Assembly: GCA_051251915.1 (NCBI GenBank)
Contig: JBPOGF010000008.1
Coordinates: 64,001-128,000 of the forward strand
Reading direction: 5' to 3'
Origin: Akkermansiaceae bacterium
GTDB taxonomy: Bacteria; Verrucomicrobiota; Verrucomicrobiia; Verrucomicrobiales; Akkermansiaceae
DNA length: 64,000 nucleotides
Shown here: one piece after another, positions 1-10,044 of the stretch
Numbering within the stretch: position 1 is the first letter of the stretch
How the letters are laid out: every line of letters begins with the position of its first letter
The notes under the pieces: generated by a model
Told to the model about the DNA's origin: nothing
What the model saw: only the letters and a program-made list of their open reading frames with translations
Database searches by the model: none
Translations under genes and position numbers: made by a program

Positions 1-614
1 AATCCTTCATTACAAATCCCCACCAACTGGCACTCAGGCTTAGCCGGATTAAGCAACGGCCCAATCAAATTGAAAATCGTCCGTATCCCCTCGTCCGCCA
101 ACTTCTTCCGAACCGGTGCTATCACCTTAAACGCAGGATGATAAGCAGGAGCATACATGAACCCCACACCAGCCTCACTCAAACATTCACGGAACTTCTC
201 CTGAGAAATCTCCAACTTCACCCCCAGCGCCTCCAGCACATCAGCTCCACCACTCTTAGAAGTAATTCCACGGTTCCCATGCTTCACCACCACCGCTCCA
301 CCCGCCGCAATGACGAACATGCTAGTCGTAGATACATTAAATAAATCCAACTTATCACCCCCAGTCCCACAAACATCAATAGTAGGACCATCAAACTCCA
401 TCTTGCCAACCTCTGGATCTACCGCACGCTCAAGGCACGCCTGAACAAAATAAGTGATCTCCGTAGCCGTCTCCCCTTTTTCAGTAAGACTCCTCAAGAA
501 ATCCCCCTTCTTATCATTGCAGATCGACTCATCTAGCAGCATCTCAACTGCTACATACACCTCTCTCTCACTGAGTTCCTTGCCTGCTTGTAAATGTTTG
601 CTTAGCGTGTCCAT
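1..614 (-). CDS. trpD: anthranilate phosphoribosyltransferase (5' part; runs off the window edge)
   Basis: Not in the ORF track. Manual minus-strand translation from ATG 614 gives MDTLSKHLQAGKELSERE...IDVCGTGGDKLDLFNVSTTSMF...VVKHGNRGITSKSGGADVLEALG...GIRTIFNLIGPLLNPA, which are TrpD signature motifs. Confidence 0.95.
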   Translation of the reverse strand, partial: MDTLSKHLQAGKELSEREVYVAVEMLLDESICNDKKGDFLRSLTEKGETATEITYFVQACLERAVDPEVGKMEFDGPTIDVCGTGGDKLDLFNVSTTSMFVIAAGGAVVVKHGNRGITSKSGGADVLEALGVKLEISQEKFRECLSEAGVGFMYAPAYHPAFKVIAPVRKKLADEGIRTIFNLIGPLLNPAKPECQLVGICNEG

Positions 615-748
615 TGCACCGCATAGCATAACAATATTTCACTAGGTAATGCCAGAACTTTAAGCGAACTTTCCAGTCTCACAGAAAAAGTCTCAAAATT
701 TCAGAATTCTAACTGGACGAATCGATATTCCTCCCTACATTCCCCTCC

Positions 749-862
749 ATGAAGTCATGTCTAGCTATGATCATTATCCTACTCCTCTTCGCCGGGTTCA
801 TCGGCACAGTGGCGGTAATGTATTTTGCCAGCTCCAGCACAGAGATCGAGAGCGCCCAGTAG
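749..862 (+). CDS. small single-pass membrane protein, 37 aa (MKSCLAMIIILLLFAGFIGTVAVMYFASSSTEIESAQ)
   Basis: Below the ORF-track size cutoff; one hydrophobic helix; preceded by TGGACG-16-TACATT-7nt-ATG. Confidence 0.6.
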   Translation: MKSCLAMIIILLLFAGFIGTVAVMYFASSSTEIESAQ

Positions 863-1051
863 CTCTTTCACGAATCACTGTGCTTTAGAACTATAGACTT
901 AAGACGCGTGTTCCACCTCTAGGAATTCACCTCTTCTCAGCCACTGATAGGCCAGTTAACAGCACGACAAAACAGCTGTATCAAACCATCAATATCTTCA
1001 CAGCTGATCTTGACCTATCTCGTTTCCTCTCGCATACTATGATTATAAATC

Positions 1052-2896
1052 ATGATTGAATCAAAATTATCAGCCATTTTAAAACCCTGTGCCATCATCA
1101 ATGGACTACTCGCCTCCCTCACCCCACTCTACGCCCAAGATGCCGTAGCTGTAGAAGAAGCCGAACCAGCACCAGTAGTCGAAGAAGTAAAAAACCAACC
1201 TAACGTAATCCTCATCATGAGCGATGACCAAGGATGGGGAGATTTCGGCACCCACGGCAACACCGTCATAGAAACCCCTCACCTCAACCAACTCGCTAAA
1301 AATAGCGTGAGCTGGGAGAACTTCTACGTCAGCCCAGTATGCTCCCCCACCAGAGCATCACTCATGACAGGCAGATACAATCAACGCACCAAATCACTAG
1401 ACACCTACCTCGGCAGGTCCATGATGGCCACCGATGAAGTAACAGTCGCAGAAGCCCTCAAAGGCGCAGGTTACGCTACCGGTATTTTTGGAAAATGGCA
1501 CCTCGGAGACAACTATCCCATGCGCCCGTCAGACCAAGGATTTGAGTATTCATTCATCCACAAAGGAGGCGGACTCGGCCAGCCATCAGACCCTATAGAA
1601 AACGAGAAACGATACACAGACCCCATCTTATTTAGAAATAACTCAGAAGTAACCACCAAAGGATACTGCACCGATCTCTACTTTGATGAAGCCATCAAAT
1701 TCATCGCAGACTCAGTCATCGCCCAGCGCCCATTCTTCGCCTACATCGCCACCAATGCTCCACACGGTCCATTCGGTGACGTTCCTCAGGAATTGTTAGA
1801 TTACTACAAAGCAAAAGATATCCCATCCATACTACCAGAAGCACTAAAGGGCGATGCCAAGCTCATCGATAAAGTACAACGCGTAGCAGCCATGATCACC
1901 AATCTCGATCAAAACGTTGGCAAACTCGTCAACATGCTCGAAACCAACAAACTATTAGAAAACACCCTCATTATCTACCTCAACGACAACGGCCCTAACA
2001 CCCAGCGATTCACAGGGAAATTCCGCGGCATCAAATCCAACGTTCATGAAGGTGGAGTACGCTCACCACTTTGGATGCACTGGCCAGCAAAATTTAAATC
2101 CAGCAAAGTCATCACTTCAAATCTAGCAGCCCACATTGACATCATGCCCACCATCATGGATGCATGCGAACTAGGAGTCCCAGACGCCTTCGCTTTCGAC
2201 GGCAGAAGCCTGTTAGACAAATCCATCGATGCCAGCACAGACCTAGCACCCCGCCCCATCATTATCCAGGCTCACCGCGGCGCAAGCTTAGACCGCTATC
2301 ACAACTTCATGATCCGCGACAAACAATGGAAACTTTCAAACGATTCTGGATTCAGCAACACCAGACTCGAAGAAGAAAAGCCATTTGAACTCTACGACCT
2401 ACTCAAGGATCCAGGTGAAACAACCAACCTCGCCACAGAATATCCAGATGAAGTAAAACGACTCACCGACCTCTATGACGCTTGGTATGATGACGTCACC
2501 CTCACCCGTATCAGAGACAAAGGCATCCCAGACATCATCGTCGACAAAGAACAAGAAAACCCGCTAGTCCTCACTTGGCAGGAAAGAATTTCCCAGAACT
2601 GGGGCACCGAGTTTGATGGATTCTGGAAACTATTCTTCCCCACCAAGACCCGCGCCGATGTCATCATATACGCCGCCCCAGAAAGCCGAATGAAAGACCC
2701 AAAACTCACCGGATTCACCCCAGTCCTCCAAATCGGAACCGAGATCTATAAAGGCAAAACACTTTCAGATGAAAGAACCTCACTCTTCGAAGGCATCAAC
2801 ATCCCAAAAGGAAAACTCAACGTCCAAGCCATGTTCATCTCCCAAGACGAAACCCAAGAGTCCCACGCCTACCAAATACGCATTATTCATAGATAA
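1052..2896 (+). CDS. arylsulfatase (S1, Cys-type), secreted, with C-terminal extension
   Basis: Signal peptide; PNVILIMSDDQG, CSPTRASLMTG, GKWHLG motifs. Confidence 0.92.
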   Translation: MIESKLSAILKPCAIINGLLASLTPLYAQDAVAVEEAEPAPVVEEVKNQPNVILIMSDDQGWGDFGTHGNTVIETPHLNQLAKNSVSWENFYVSPVCSPTRASLMTGRYNQRTKSLDTYLGRSMMATDEVTVAEALKGAGYATGIFGKWHLGDNYPMRPSDQGFEYSFIHKGGGLGQPSDPIENEKRYTDPILFRNNSEVTTKGYCTDLYFDEAIKFIADSVIAQRPFFAYIATNAPHGPFGDVPQELLDYYKAKDIPSILPEALKGDAKLIDKVQRVAAMITNLDQNVGKLVNMLETNKLLENTLIIYLNDNGPNTQRFTGKFRGIKSNVHEGGVRSPLWMHWPAKFKSSKVITSNLAAHIDIMPTIMDACELGVPDAFAFDGRSLLDKSIDASTDLAPRPIIIQAHRGASLDRYHNFMIRDKQWKLSNDSGFSNTRLEEEKPFELYDLLKDPGETTNLATEYPDEVKRLTDLYDAWYDDVTLTRIRDKGIPDIIVDKEQENPLVLTWQERISQNWGTEFDGFWKLFFPTKTRADVIIYAAPESRMKDPKLTGFTPVLQIGTEIYKGKTLSDERTSLFEGINIPKGKLNVQAMFISQDETQESHAYQIRIIHR

Positions 2897-2908
2897 GCCA
2901 AGGAGCTA

Positions 2909-3136
2909 TCAGTCATAACCGATAGACTCCGTAGGACAACTTTTGTAAGCTTCTAATGCAAGTGCTATCTCTTTCTCCGTCTCTGGTTGTCGCCAAACAT
3001 AACTTAAGCCCTCGTCATCATCGCGGCTAAACACACTAGGGGCTATCTCTCTACACAAATCGCAGTCTATACAACTACAGTCATTATAAAATCTACCTTC
3101 CACATTCAGTGGGTTTATTTCTTCTCTATCAGCCAT
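2909..3136 (-). CDS. ferredoxin (single-cluster 4Fe-4S type)
   Basis: CIDCDLC...CPTESIG; start moved to ATG 3136 because the track start overlaps the divergent LysR and a promoter sits just above 3136. Confidence 0.85.
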   Translation of the reverse strand: MADREEINPLNVEGRFYNDCSCIDCDLCREIAPSVFSRDDDEGLSYVWRQPETEKEIALALEAYKSCPTESIGYD

Positions 3137-3143
3137 GATTGAA

Positions 3144-3171
3144 ATCATACCTACTCTTCCAAAATTGACAA
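3144..3171 (-). promoter_or_regulatory. sigma70-type promoter of the ferredoxin (leaderless)
   Basis: TTGTCA-16-TATGAT, 7 nt before the ATG. Confidence 0.6.
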
Positions 3172-3212
3172 ATTCATGAATATCGGATATTAATTCCAAA
3201 AATTCATGAATA
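3170..3212. promoter_or_regulatory. probable LysR operator between the divergent ferredoxin and LysR genes
   Basis: ATGAATATCGGATAT (3176-3190) and ATTCCAAAAATTCAT (3193-3207) fit T-N11-A; direct repeat AAATTCATGAATA occurs twice, 30 bp apart. Confidence 0.5.
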
Positions 3213-4111
3213 GACAACAACAACCTAAAATAAACCTGCAAGACCTCCACATTCTCCACCTAATTCATCACCATCAAAGCATCACAGCCGCCGCTAAAGC
3301 CATACAGCTAACCCAAAGCGCGCTCTCAAAAAAACTCCAATCGATTGAACAAGACCTAGGAATCCAACTATTCCACCGCACCACCAGAACACTCTCCACC
3401 ACCCCTGCTGGCAAACAACTACTCAAAGACACAGCTCCCATCCCAAACATCCTCAACTCAGCTCTCCAGAGAATCTCAGAAGAGTTCTTACACACACAGA
3501 AAAAAATCAACATCGGAGTTTCCCACTCCCTATCTTTAGCCCACCTCCCTGGTATTTTTCAGCCACAATCCATCCAGCACCCCGATGTCAAAACCATCAT
3601 ATCACAACTCACCAGAAAAGATCTCATCAACAAAATATCCACCAACCAACTCGACCTAGGAATCCTCACCCACCAACACAAACTAAAATCCACCGTCCAG
3701 ATCCACCATCAGATGCTAGACACATTCTGCATCATCCTCCCCGCAAATAAATCTGCACCATCCCTCAAAATCAAACATTTCCAACAGTGGGTTCACCAAC
3801 AATCATGGATTCTCCCACCATTAAACTCCCCATCCAGAATCATCATCGATCAATGGCTCAATCATAAAAACATCCAGCTTTCCCCTACCATGGAATTAGA
3901 AAACTTCGACCTAATGTGCCAACTCACAGCACTAAACATGGGAATATCATTTATACCAAAACGCGCTCTCACAGCATTCCCACGTAAAAGACAACTCCAG
4001 CATCTAACCTTAGAGACTCCCCCCGCAAGAACTCTGAGCGTAATAGGTCCTAAAAACACAATCGTCGCAGATCACATAAAAACTTTCACCAAATCCATAC
4101 TATTCTCCTAA
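3206..4111 (+). CDS. LysR-family transcriptional regulator
   Basis: N-terminal HTH SITAAAKAIQLTQSALSKKLQSIEQDLGIQLFHRTTR; 301 aa. Confidence 0.93.
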   Translation: MNRQQQPKINLQDLHILHLIHHHQSITAAAKAIQLTQSALSKKLQSIEQDLGIQLFHRTTRTLSTTPAGKQLLKDTAPIPNILNSALQRISEEFLHTQKKINIGVSHSLSLAHLPGIFQPQSIQHPDVKTIISQLTRKDLINKISTNQLDLGILTHQHKLKSTVQIHHQMLDTFCIILPANKSAPSLKIKHFQQWVHQQSWILPPLNSPSRIIIDQWLNHKNIQLSPTMELENFDLMCQLTALNMGISFIPKRALTAFPRKRQLQHLTLETPPARTLSVIGPKNTIVADHIKTFTKSILFS

Positions 4112-4168
4112 AAAACAACAGTCGTAAGGCTTGATTTATTAAGATCAGCTCTCTACACCATCTAAGCG

Positions 4169-5545
4169 ATGCCTAAAGTATTTATCAAAACCTACGGATG
4201 CCAAATGAATGAACGCGATTCTGAGCAGGTTGCTCGGATGTTTTCTGAAGGTGGCTACACGATCACTAAAGACGAGTTTGACGCTGACGCCATCCTCGTC
4301 AACACCTGCTCTGTCCGTGATCAAGCAGAACAAAAGGCACTAGGTAAAATGGGCCACATGGGCAAACACCGCGCGCGTAAACCACACGTCGTTTACGGTT
4401 TCATGGGCTGCATGGCCCAGAGCCGTGGCGCAGAACTCTTTGATAATGTTCCCCACCTCGACGTCGTAGTAGGTACCCAGAAATACCACAAAGTTTTCGA
4501 GTATGTAAACGACATCCTCAGCAAAAGACTAGAACGTAGAATGGATGATATTGAACTCTCCATGATCGGCGACAATGTCTGCGACACCGACGAAGAACTA
4601 GATTCTCAAAACACCATCAAAGATCACGTCGATGAAGAAACCGGCCCAGCCACCTTCGTCTCCATCATGCAAGGATGTAATATGAAGTGCTCCTACTGCA
4701 TTGTCCCAGACACCCGTGGCCGCGAGCGAGGCAGACCTATTTCCAGCATCATCGATGAAGTCAAAAAGCTCAGAGACAAAGGCGTAGTAGAAGTCACCCT
4801 CCTCGGACAAATCGTCAACCTCTACGGCAGAACAGAATTTCCTAAAGTCGATGGTAAATCACCCTTCGTTCAACTACTAGAAGCAGTACATGAAATCGAT
4901 GGCATTGAGCGCATCCGTTTCACATCACCGCACCCTATTGGCTACAGAGATGACCTCATCAATGCCTTCACCTATCTACCCAAGCTTTGCTCCCACATTC
5001 ACTTCCCTATGCAAAGCGGTAGTGACCGCATTCTCAAACGCATGCGTAGACCGTATAAAAACGAGAAGTTCATCGAGATCTGTAACAAGATGAAAGCAGC
5101 CCGCAAAGATCTAGCCATCACCACAGACGTCATCGTCGGCTACCCAGGCGAAACCGAGGAAGACTACCTCATGACCAAGGAAACCATGCGCGACATCGGC
5201 TTTGATAATGCCTTCGTCTTCCGCTACTCCCAGCGTCGTAATACCCCAGCAGCTGATATGTTAGATCAAATTGCTGAAACAGTAAAAGAAGAACGTAACC
5301 AAGACCTTCTCGCCATGGTGAACCAAATCGCCATCGACAAAAACGAACTCCAAGTCGGCACCATTCAAGAAGTCCTCTGCACAGGCGGCTCTAAAAAAGA
5401 TCCCAACAGAATGACCAGCAGAACTAGTCAGAACAAAATCGTCATCTTCGATGGCAAAGCCGAGCGCATGAGCGGAAAGATCCTTCCTATTAAAATAGAA
5501 CGCTCATCAGGCTTCACCCTCTTCGGCACTCCCGTGATCCATTAA
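4169..5545 (+). CDS. miaB: tRNA-i6A37 methylthiotransferase MiaB
   Basis: KTYGCQMNERDSE, NTCSVR, radical SAM CNMKCSYC, C-terminal TRAM-like region. Confidence 0.93.
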   Translation: MPKVFIKTYGCQMNERDSEQVARMFSEGGYTITKDEFDADAILVNTCSVRDQAEQKALGKMGHMGKHRARKPHVVYGFMGCMAQSRGAELFDNVPHLDVVVGTQKYHKVFEYVNDILSKRLERRMDDIELSMIGDNVCDTDEELDSQNTIKDHVDEETGPATFVSIMQGCNMKCSYCIVPDTRGRERGRPISSIIDEVKKLRDKGVVEVTLLGQIVNLYGRTEFPKVDGKSPFVQLLEAVHEIDGIERIRFTSPHPIGYRDDLINAFTYLPKLCSHIHFPMQSGSDRILKRMRRPYKNEKFIEICNKMKAARKDLAITTDVIVGYPGETEEDYLMTKETMRDIGFDNAFVFRYSQRRNTPAADMLDQIAETVKEERNQDLLAMVNQIAIDKNELQVGTIQEVLCTGGSKKDPNRMTSRTSQNKIVIFDGKAERMSGKILPIKIERSSGFTLFGTPVIH

Positions 5546-5949
5546 AGATCAAGTCTATAGCTCCATTTTGGACTAATTTTGCACTTTAGTTAGCTTTTTC
5601 TAACTAAATATTCGCCGTTTATTGATAAATTTTCGGCTCGTTTTACGTTACAAAAATGTACCGTAATTATAATCGTCATTTTAATCTAAACTATCGTTTA
5701 ATTTGTGTAATTGATATCACGTAAAAAAACTCATCAAAACAACGTATTATCAACAACATATGGCTAATATCTCAAATAACACAAAAAAGTGTGAACAAAT
5801 TATGCTTCTCAAGCATCTTATTTAGTGAAGGCAGCGTTATATACAATGTGATCACATTTTTTAGACAAATGAGACATGACAGTATCGCTAAACAAATAAG
5901 GAGGAGATCATAGAGATAACTTCCTACAAAAATAGAAAGAAACCATAAC

Positions 5950-6807
5950 ATGACACCTAACGATAACAACAACAGCCTAAGAATCTATCTCCGTGAGATA
6001 GCCAAGACAGAGCTTCTCACTCGTGAGCAAGAGGTCGAACTCGCTGCCAAAATCAAGAAAGGCGACAAGCAAGCTCGATCACTCATGATACGAGCGAACC
6101 TACGCCTAGTGGTGAAAATAGCTCAAGATTATGCCAACTACGGTCTACCTCTTTCAGATCTCATTTCGGAAGGCAATATCGGCCTCATGAAAGCAGTGGA
6201 AAGGTTTGACCCTGAAAAAGGTGGCAAACTCAGTACCTACGGATCATGGTGGATTAAGCAATCTATCAAGAGAGCACTTGCGAACCAAAGCAAGACGATT
6301 CGCCTACCAGTCCACATGGTAGACAAAATTTCCAGAATGCGCAGAATTTCTAACATGCTAGCTGAAGCGCTAGGCCGCGAGCCTACAGACTCCGAGCTAG
6401 CTGAAGAACTAGGCATTCCTCGTAACAAACTAGCCATGCTCAAGCAGGCATCTCAGCGCCCAGCCTCACTCGATGCTCCCATCGGTGATGATGACAGCTC
6501 AGATTACAGCGAGATCATCGGCGACGAAAAAGCACTAGACCCTGCTCTAGCCTTGCAAAGTAAGAATATGCATAACCAGTTGGATGATCTCCTAGACAAC
6601 CTCGATGAACGCGAAACTCGCATCATTGGAGCACGTTTCGGACTCGACGGACAAAAGCCGCTCACACTCGAAGAAATTGGAGTAGAATTCGGTGTAACTC
6701 GCGAGAGAATCAGACAGCTACAAAATGTTGCGCTTGCCAAGATGCGTAAAAGTTTGCGAAAAAAAGATCAACCACTGCCACCTGCTCTTTCGGGAGAACT
6801 GGCATAG
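5950..6807 (+). CDS. RNA polymerase sigma factor, RpoD/RpoS-like, lacking region 1.1
   Basis: YLREIAKTELLT, ANLRLVVKIA, DLISEGNIGLMKAVERFDP, TLEEIGVEFGVTRERIRQ. Confidence 0.92.
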   Translation: MTPNDNNNSLRIYLREIAKTELLTREQEVELAAKIKKGDKQARSLMIRANLRLVVKIAQDYANYGLPLSDLISEGNIGLMKAVERFDPEKGGKLSTYGSWWIKQSIKRALANQSKTIRLPVHMVDKISRMRRISNMLAEALGREPTDSELAEELGIPRNKLAMLKQASQRPASLDAPIGDDDSSDYSEIIGDEKALDPALALQSKNMHNQLDDLLDNLDERETRIIGARFGLDGQKPLTLEEIGVEFGVTRERIRQLQNVALAKMRKSLRKKDQPLPPALSGELA

Positions 6808-6849
6808 GTTAATAAGTTTCAATCCATAGCGATTGGGATCGTAGGTGTG

Positions 6850-6881
6850 AAGAGCGGTGGACATTGTCTGCCGCTCTTTTT
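6850..6881 (+). terminator. intrinsic terminator between convergent genes
   Basis: AAGAGCGGTGGAC-att-GTCTGCCGCTCTT followed by a T run. Confidence 0.8.
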
Positions 6882-6899
6882 CCTTTTAAACAATATTCG

Positions 6900-7733
6900 T
6901 TAGACCATATCAGCAATCTTCAGCATATCACCAGCCACATACTCAGCATTCTTACTACCAAGAACATGGTCCATGGACGCAGCTAATATGATCACCCCGC
7001 GTGTAGATTTCACAGAAATAAATTCAAGGTATTCTCTCGCAGAAATTTTGAGACGTATATTTCCAAATTCCCTCTCCTGAGTTCGCATCAGCTTCGTTCC
7101 CATCATCGCATCCACTACAAATGCCACCAAGTTCTCGTTTTTCAAACTAGAATATAAAACATCCCCATCACGATCAATCACACAGATCCCCTTCGCTTTC
7201 ACCGTACTCGCAAGTTGCTTATCGATCTGTTCAAAGGTTCCTAACTCTTTCTCAGGATGCACTGTAGTTAACTTGACCTTAGCCCTGCCTTCCACATTCA
7301 CAGGCACAACATTGAGACTATGATCACCAGTTGCTGGTAACTTCGCTATATACTCATCTTCAGACTTACTCACCTCTCTAGCCGACTCCACAACCTTAGA
7401 TTCCTCTTTCTCTTTTACAGCTTCAACTGCAACCTCAGCCTCCCCCCCTTTGATAATCTCAGAGACCTCAGACTTCTTACCACCCAGCAACCCTGCAGAT
7501 GCAGCCATCGCACTAGCTCCAGCTAGTGAACTGGACTTAATGTCTTTAACTGCTTGAGCTATATCTTCTTCCTTCTCCACTAACTGCTTGGTAATTTCCC
7601 CCTGCTTCTCCGGAATAGCGAAACCGTCAAAATTATTATCTCTCCACTCCTTCGACACCTCTGGACTAGCAGCCAAATCCTCAGCCAACTTGCGCACCTC
7701 GTCTTCGTTTATCCATGAGTTTATTGAATCCAT
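6900..7733 (-). CDS. hypothetical protein: acidic/low-complexity linker plus a possible roadblock/MglB-like C-terminal domain
   Basis: 277 aa, 4 bp downstream of parA; C-terminal GICVIDRDGDVLYSS resembles roadblock/LC7 folds (by eye only). Confidence 0.6.
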   Translation of the reverse strand: MDSINSWINEDEVRKLAEDLAASPEVSKEWRDNNFDGFAIPEKQGEITKQLVEKEEDIAQAVKDIKSSSLAGASAMAASAGLLGGKKSEVSEIIKGGEAEVAVEAVKEKEESKVVESAREVSKSEDEYIAKLPATGDHSLNVVPVNVEGRAKVKLTTVHPEKELGTFEQIDKQLASTVKAKGICVIDRDGDVLYSSLKNENLVAFVVDAMMGTKLMRTQEREFGNIRLKISAREYLEFISVKSTRGVIILAASMDHVLGSKNAEYVAGDMLKIADMV

Positions 7734-7737
7734 TATC

Positions 7738-8529
7738 TTATCCTTTCTTTACTTGCTGGCTCTTTACAAGCTTCAGCTCTATTTCTCTCCTCAGCGCATT
7801 AAATTCTTCCTGCACCTCAGCTCCACCCTTTAAGACTCCCACAGGAAGCCCTCTAGCACTAGCTTTAATAAATATATCCGCCCTCGGTATTTCTGCACCC
7901 ATCACCAAATTTTGTGGCAACACAGATCGCAATCCCTCCCCCGCTTCCACGCTCTCACGCAGATTGCGCTGCACCATAGTCAGCACCACACCTAAAATAT
8001 GTAGCCTCGGATTCAGCAGTCGCACTTTCTTCAGCGCCTCCAGCATCTTTGGCATACTACGTATACCCAATGGCTCAGACTGCTGCGGCACCAACACCGC
8101 ATCCACCTCAACTAAAATATCCTTTGTAATGCCAAATAAACCTGCCGCCGTATCAATAATACAAACATCATAACCCGCCTCTTCCGCATCCGTTAAAAAT
8201 GATTTCACACCTGCTACTGCAGATGAGTCACCCTCATACCCAAAACTCATATCATACTCACTCCCCTGCCCCGCAGGCACTAATGACAATGTCCCCATCC
8301 GAGTAGGCACGATCACGCTCTCAAAACTCGCTCCCGCATCACTCAGATAATCAAAAAAACCTTTCAGCTTTCGCGTTTTCCGCGTCAATGACAACCCCAC
8401 AGACCCCTGCGGATCCGCATCAATGATTAATACCTTTCGCCCAGAACGCGCAAAGGCATATGCCAAATTTATCGAAACCGTGGTTTTTCCCACTCCACCT
8501 TTCTGACTAGAGACTCCTATCGTGATCAC
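7738..8529 (-). CDS. ParA/Soj/MinD-family ATPase
   Basis: Deviant Walker A SQKGGVGKTT, IDADPQGS, IIDT; probable start is GTG 8529 (TATACT box 9 nt upstream). Confidence 0.9.
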   Translation of the reverse strand: MITIGVSSQKGGVGKTTVSINLAYAFARSGRKVLIIDADPQGSVGLSLTRKTRKLKGFFDYLSDAGASFESVIVPTRMGTLSLVPAGQGSEYDMSFGYEGDSSAVAGVKSFLTDAEEAGYDVCIIDTAAGLFGITKDILVEVDAVLVPQQSEPLGIRSMPKMLEALKKVRLLNPRLHILGVVLTMVQRNLRESVEAGEGLRSVLPQNLVMGAEIPRADIFIKASARGLPVGVLKGGAEVQEEFNALRREIELKLVKSQQVKKG

Positions 8530-8653
8530 ACCTCTGACAGTATACACCCGCCCCCATCTGAAAAGATAAATTTTCTTCTGAATCAACAATCTTTTCATTT
8601 CTCACACCTCTGAACTTTACACCCATCCCCACCCCACTAATATCCTCATTATC

Positions 8654-10027
8654 ATGTCACTCCGAGAGCTACCTTCAGTCGAGAAACTCGCTAATTCCCT
8701 CAGCAAATCCATCCCCCTTCCTAAACCACTCATCATCGGTTTCATCCGTCGAGAAATTGACACCTACCGACAGAAAATTCTCGCCGGTGAAACCACCACC
8801 AGCAGCGAAATAGAAACATCCATCACTCAAAACCTCACCCACTTCGCAGCCTCCAAACTCCAACCCGTCATCAACGGCACCGGCATCCTCATCCACACCA
8901 ACCTCGGCAGATCACCACTCGGAAAAACCGCCGCAAATGCCCTCCAAAACATCGCCACAGGATACTCCAACCTTGAGTTCAACCTCCCCGAAGGCACACG
9001 AGGTAAACGCGCAGGCTACCTAGAAACCGCTCTCGCATGCCTCCTCGATGCTGAAGCCGCCACCGCTGTAAACAACTGCGCAGCAGCCCTAGTCATCATC
9101 CTTCGCCACCTAGCCAATGGCGAAAAAAACGAAGTCATCGTCTCACGTGGCGAACTCGTAGAAATTGGAGGAGGCTTCCGTATACCAGAAATTTTAGAAA
9201 CATCCGGCGCCAAACTCGTAGAAGTAGGAGCCACAAACAAAACCCACCTCGCAGACTACCAAAAAGCCATCACCCCCAACACAGCCCTCATCCTAAAAGT
9301 CCACCGCTCCAACTTCTATCTAGGAGGATTCACCTCCGAGCCAGAACTCCAAGAACTCGCTGACCTCGCCCACCAACACGGCATCCCTATCGTAGAAGAC
9401 ATCGGCTCAGGCGCCCTCATGAATACTGATGAACTCGCCCCCATAGACCACGAACCCACTCCCCAAGCCGCCCTCAAAAACGGCATCGACCTCGTCTGCT
9501 TCTCTGGCGACAAACTCCTCGGCGGCCCACAATCAGGCATCATAGCCGGCCGTGCAGACCTAGTAGCCGGCATCAAATCCGAGCCATTCTTCCGCGCCGT
9601 CCGCTGTGATAAACTCATCCTCACCGTCCTCCAAGAAAGCATCGATGAATACCTCCGCAGCCAGTCAAACCCCAGCAAGACAGACATCCCCACCCTAAGA
9701 AATCTCGCCGAATCCACTGAAAACCTCCAACTACGCGCAGACCAAATCCTAAGTCAACTAGGCCCCATCACCAAAGCAGACATCACCACCAAAGAATCTA
9801 TGGCCGCCACCGGCGGAGGCACCATGCCCACCTCCCAGATCCCCTCCATCGCACTATCCATCACCCCCACCGGCATCTCACTCAACAAAATCTCCCGCCT
9901 CCTCCGCACCGGCACACCAGCCATCGTAGGCTACACCGATCAAGACAAATTCTGCCTAGACCTCCGCACAATATTCCCCTGGCAAGACCAAGACATCACC
10001 ACCCAGCTCAGCAAAATTTTACTCTAA
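8654..10027 (+). CDS. selA: L-seryl-tRNA(Sec) selenium transferase
   Basis: VINGTGILIHTNLGRSPL, VNNCAAAL, SRGELVEIGGGFRIP, LKVHRSNF, FSGDKLLGGPQSG. Confidence 0.92.
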   Translation: MSLRELPSVEKLANSLSKSIPLPKPLIIGFIRREIDTYRQKILAGETTTSSEIETSITQNLTHFAASKLQPVINGTGILIHTNLGRSPLGKTAANALQNIATGYSNLEFNLPEGTRGKRAGYLETALACLLDAEAATAVNNCAAALVIILRHLANGEKNEVIVSRGELVEIGGGFRIPEILETSGAKLVEVGATNKTHLADYQKAITPNTALILKVHRSNFYLGGFTSEPELQELADLAHQHGIPIVEDIGSGALMNTDELAPIDHEPTPQAALKNGIDLVCFSGDKLLGGPQSGIIAGRADLVAGIKSEPFFRAVRCDKLILTVLQESIDEYLRSQSNPSKTDIPTLRNLAESTENLQLRADQILSQLGPITKADITTKESMAATGGGTMPTSQIPSIALSITPTGISLNKISRLLRTGTPAIVGYTDQDKFCLDLRTIFPWQDQDITTQLSKILL

Positions 10028-10044
10028 AATATCCTTCACTCATC

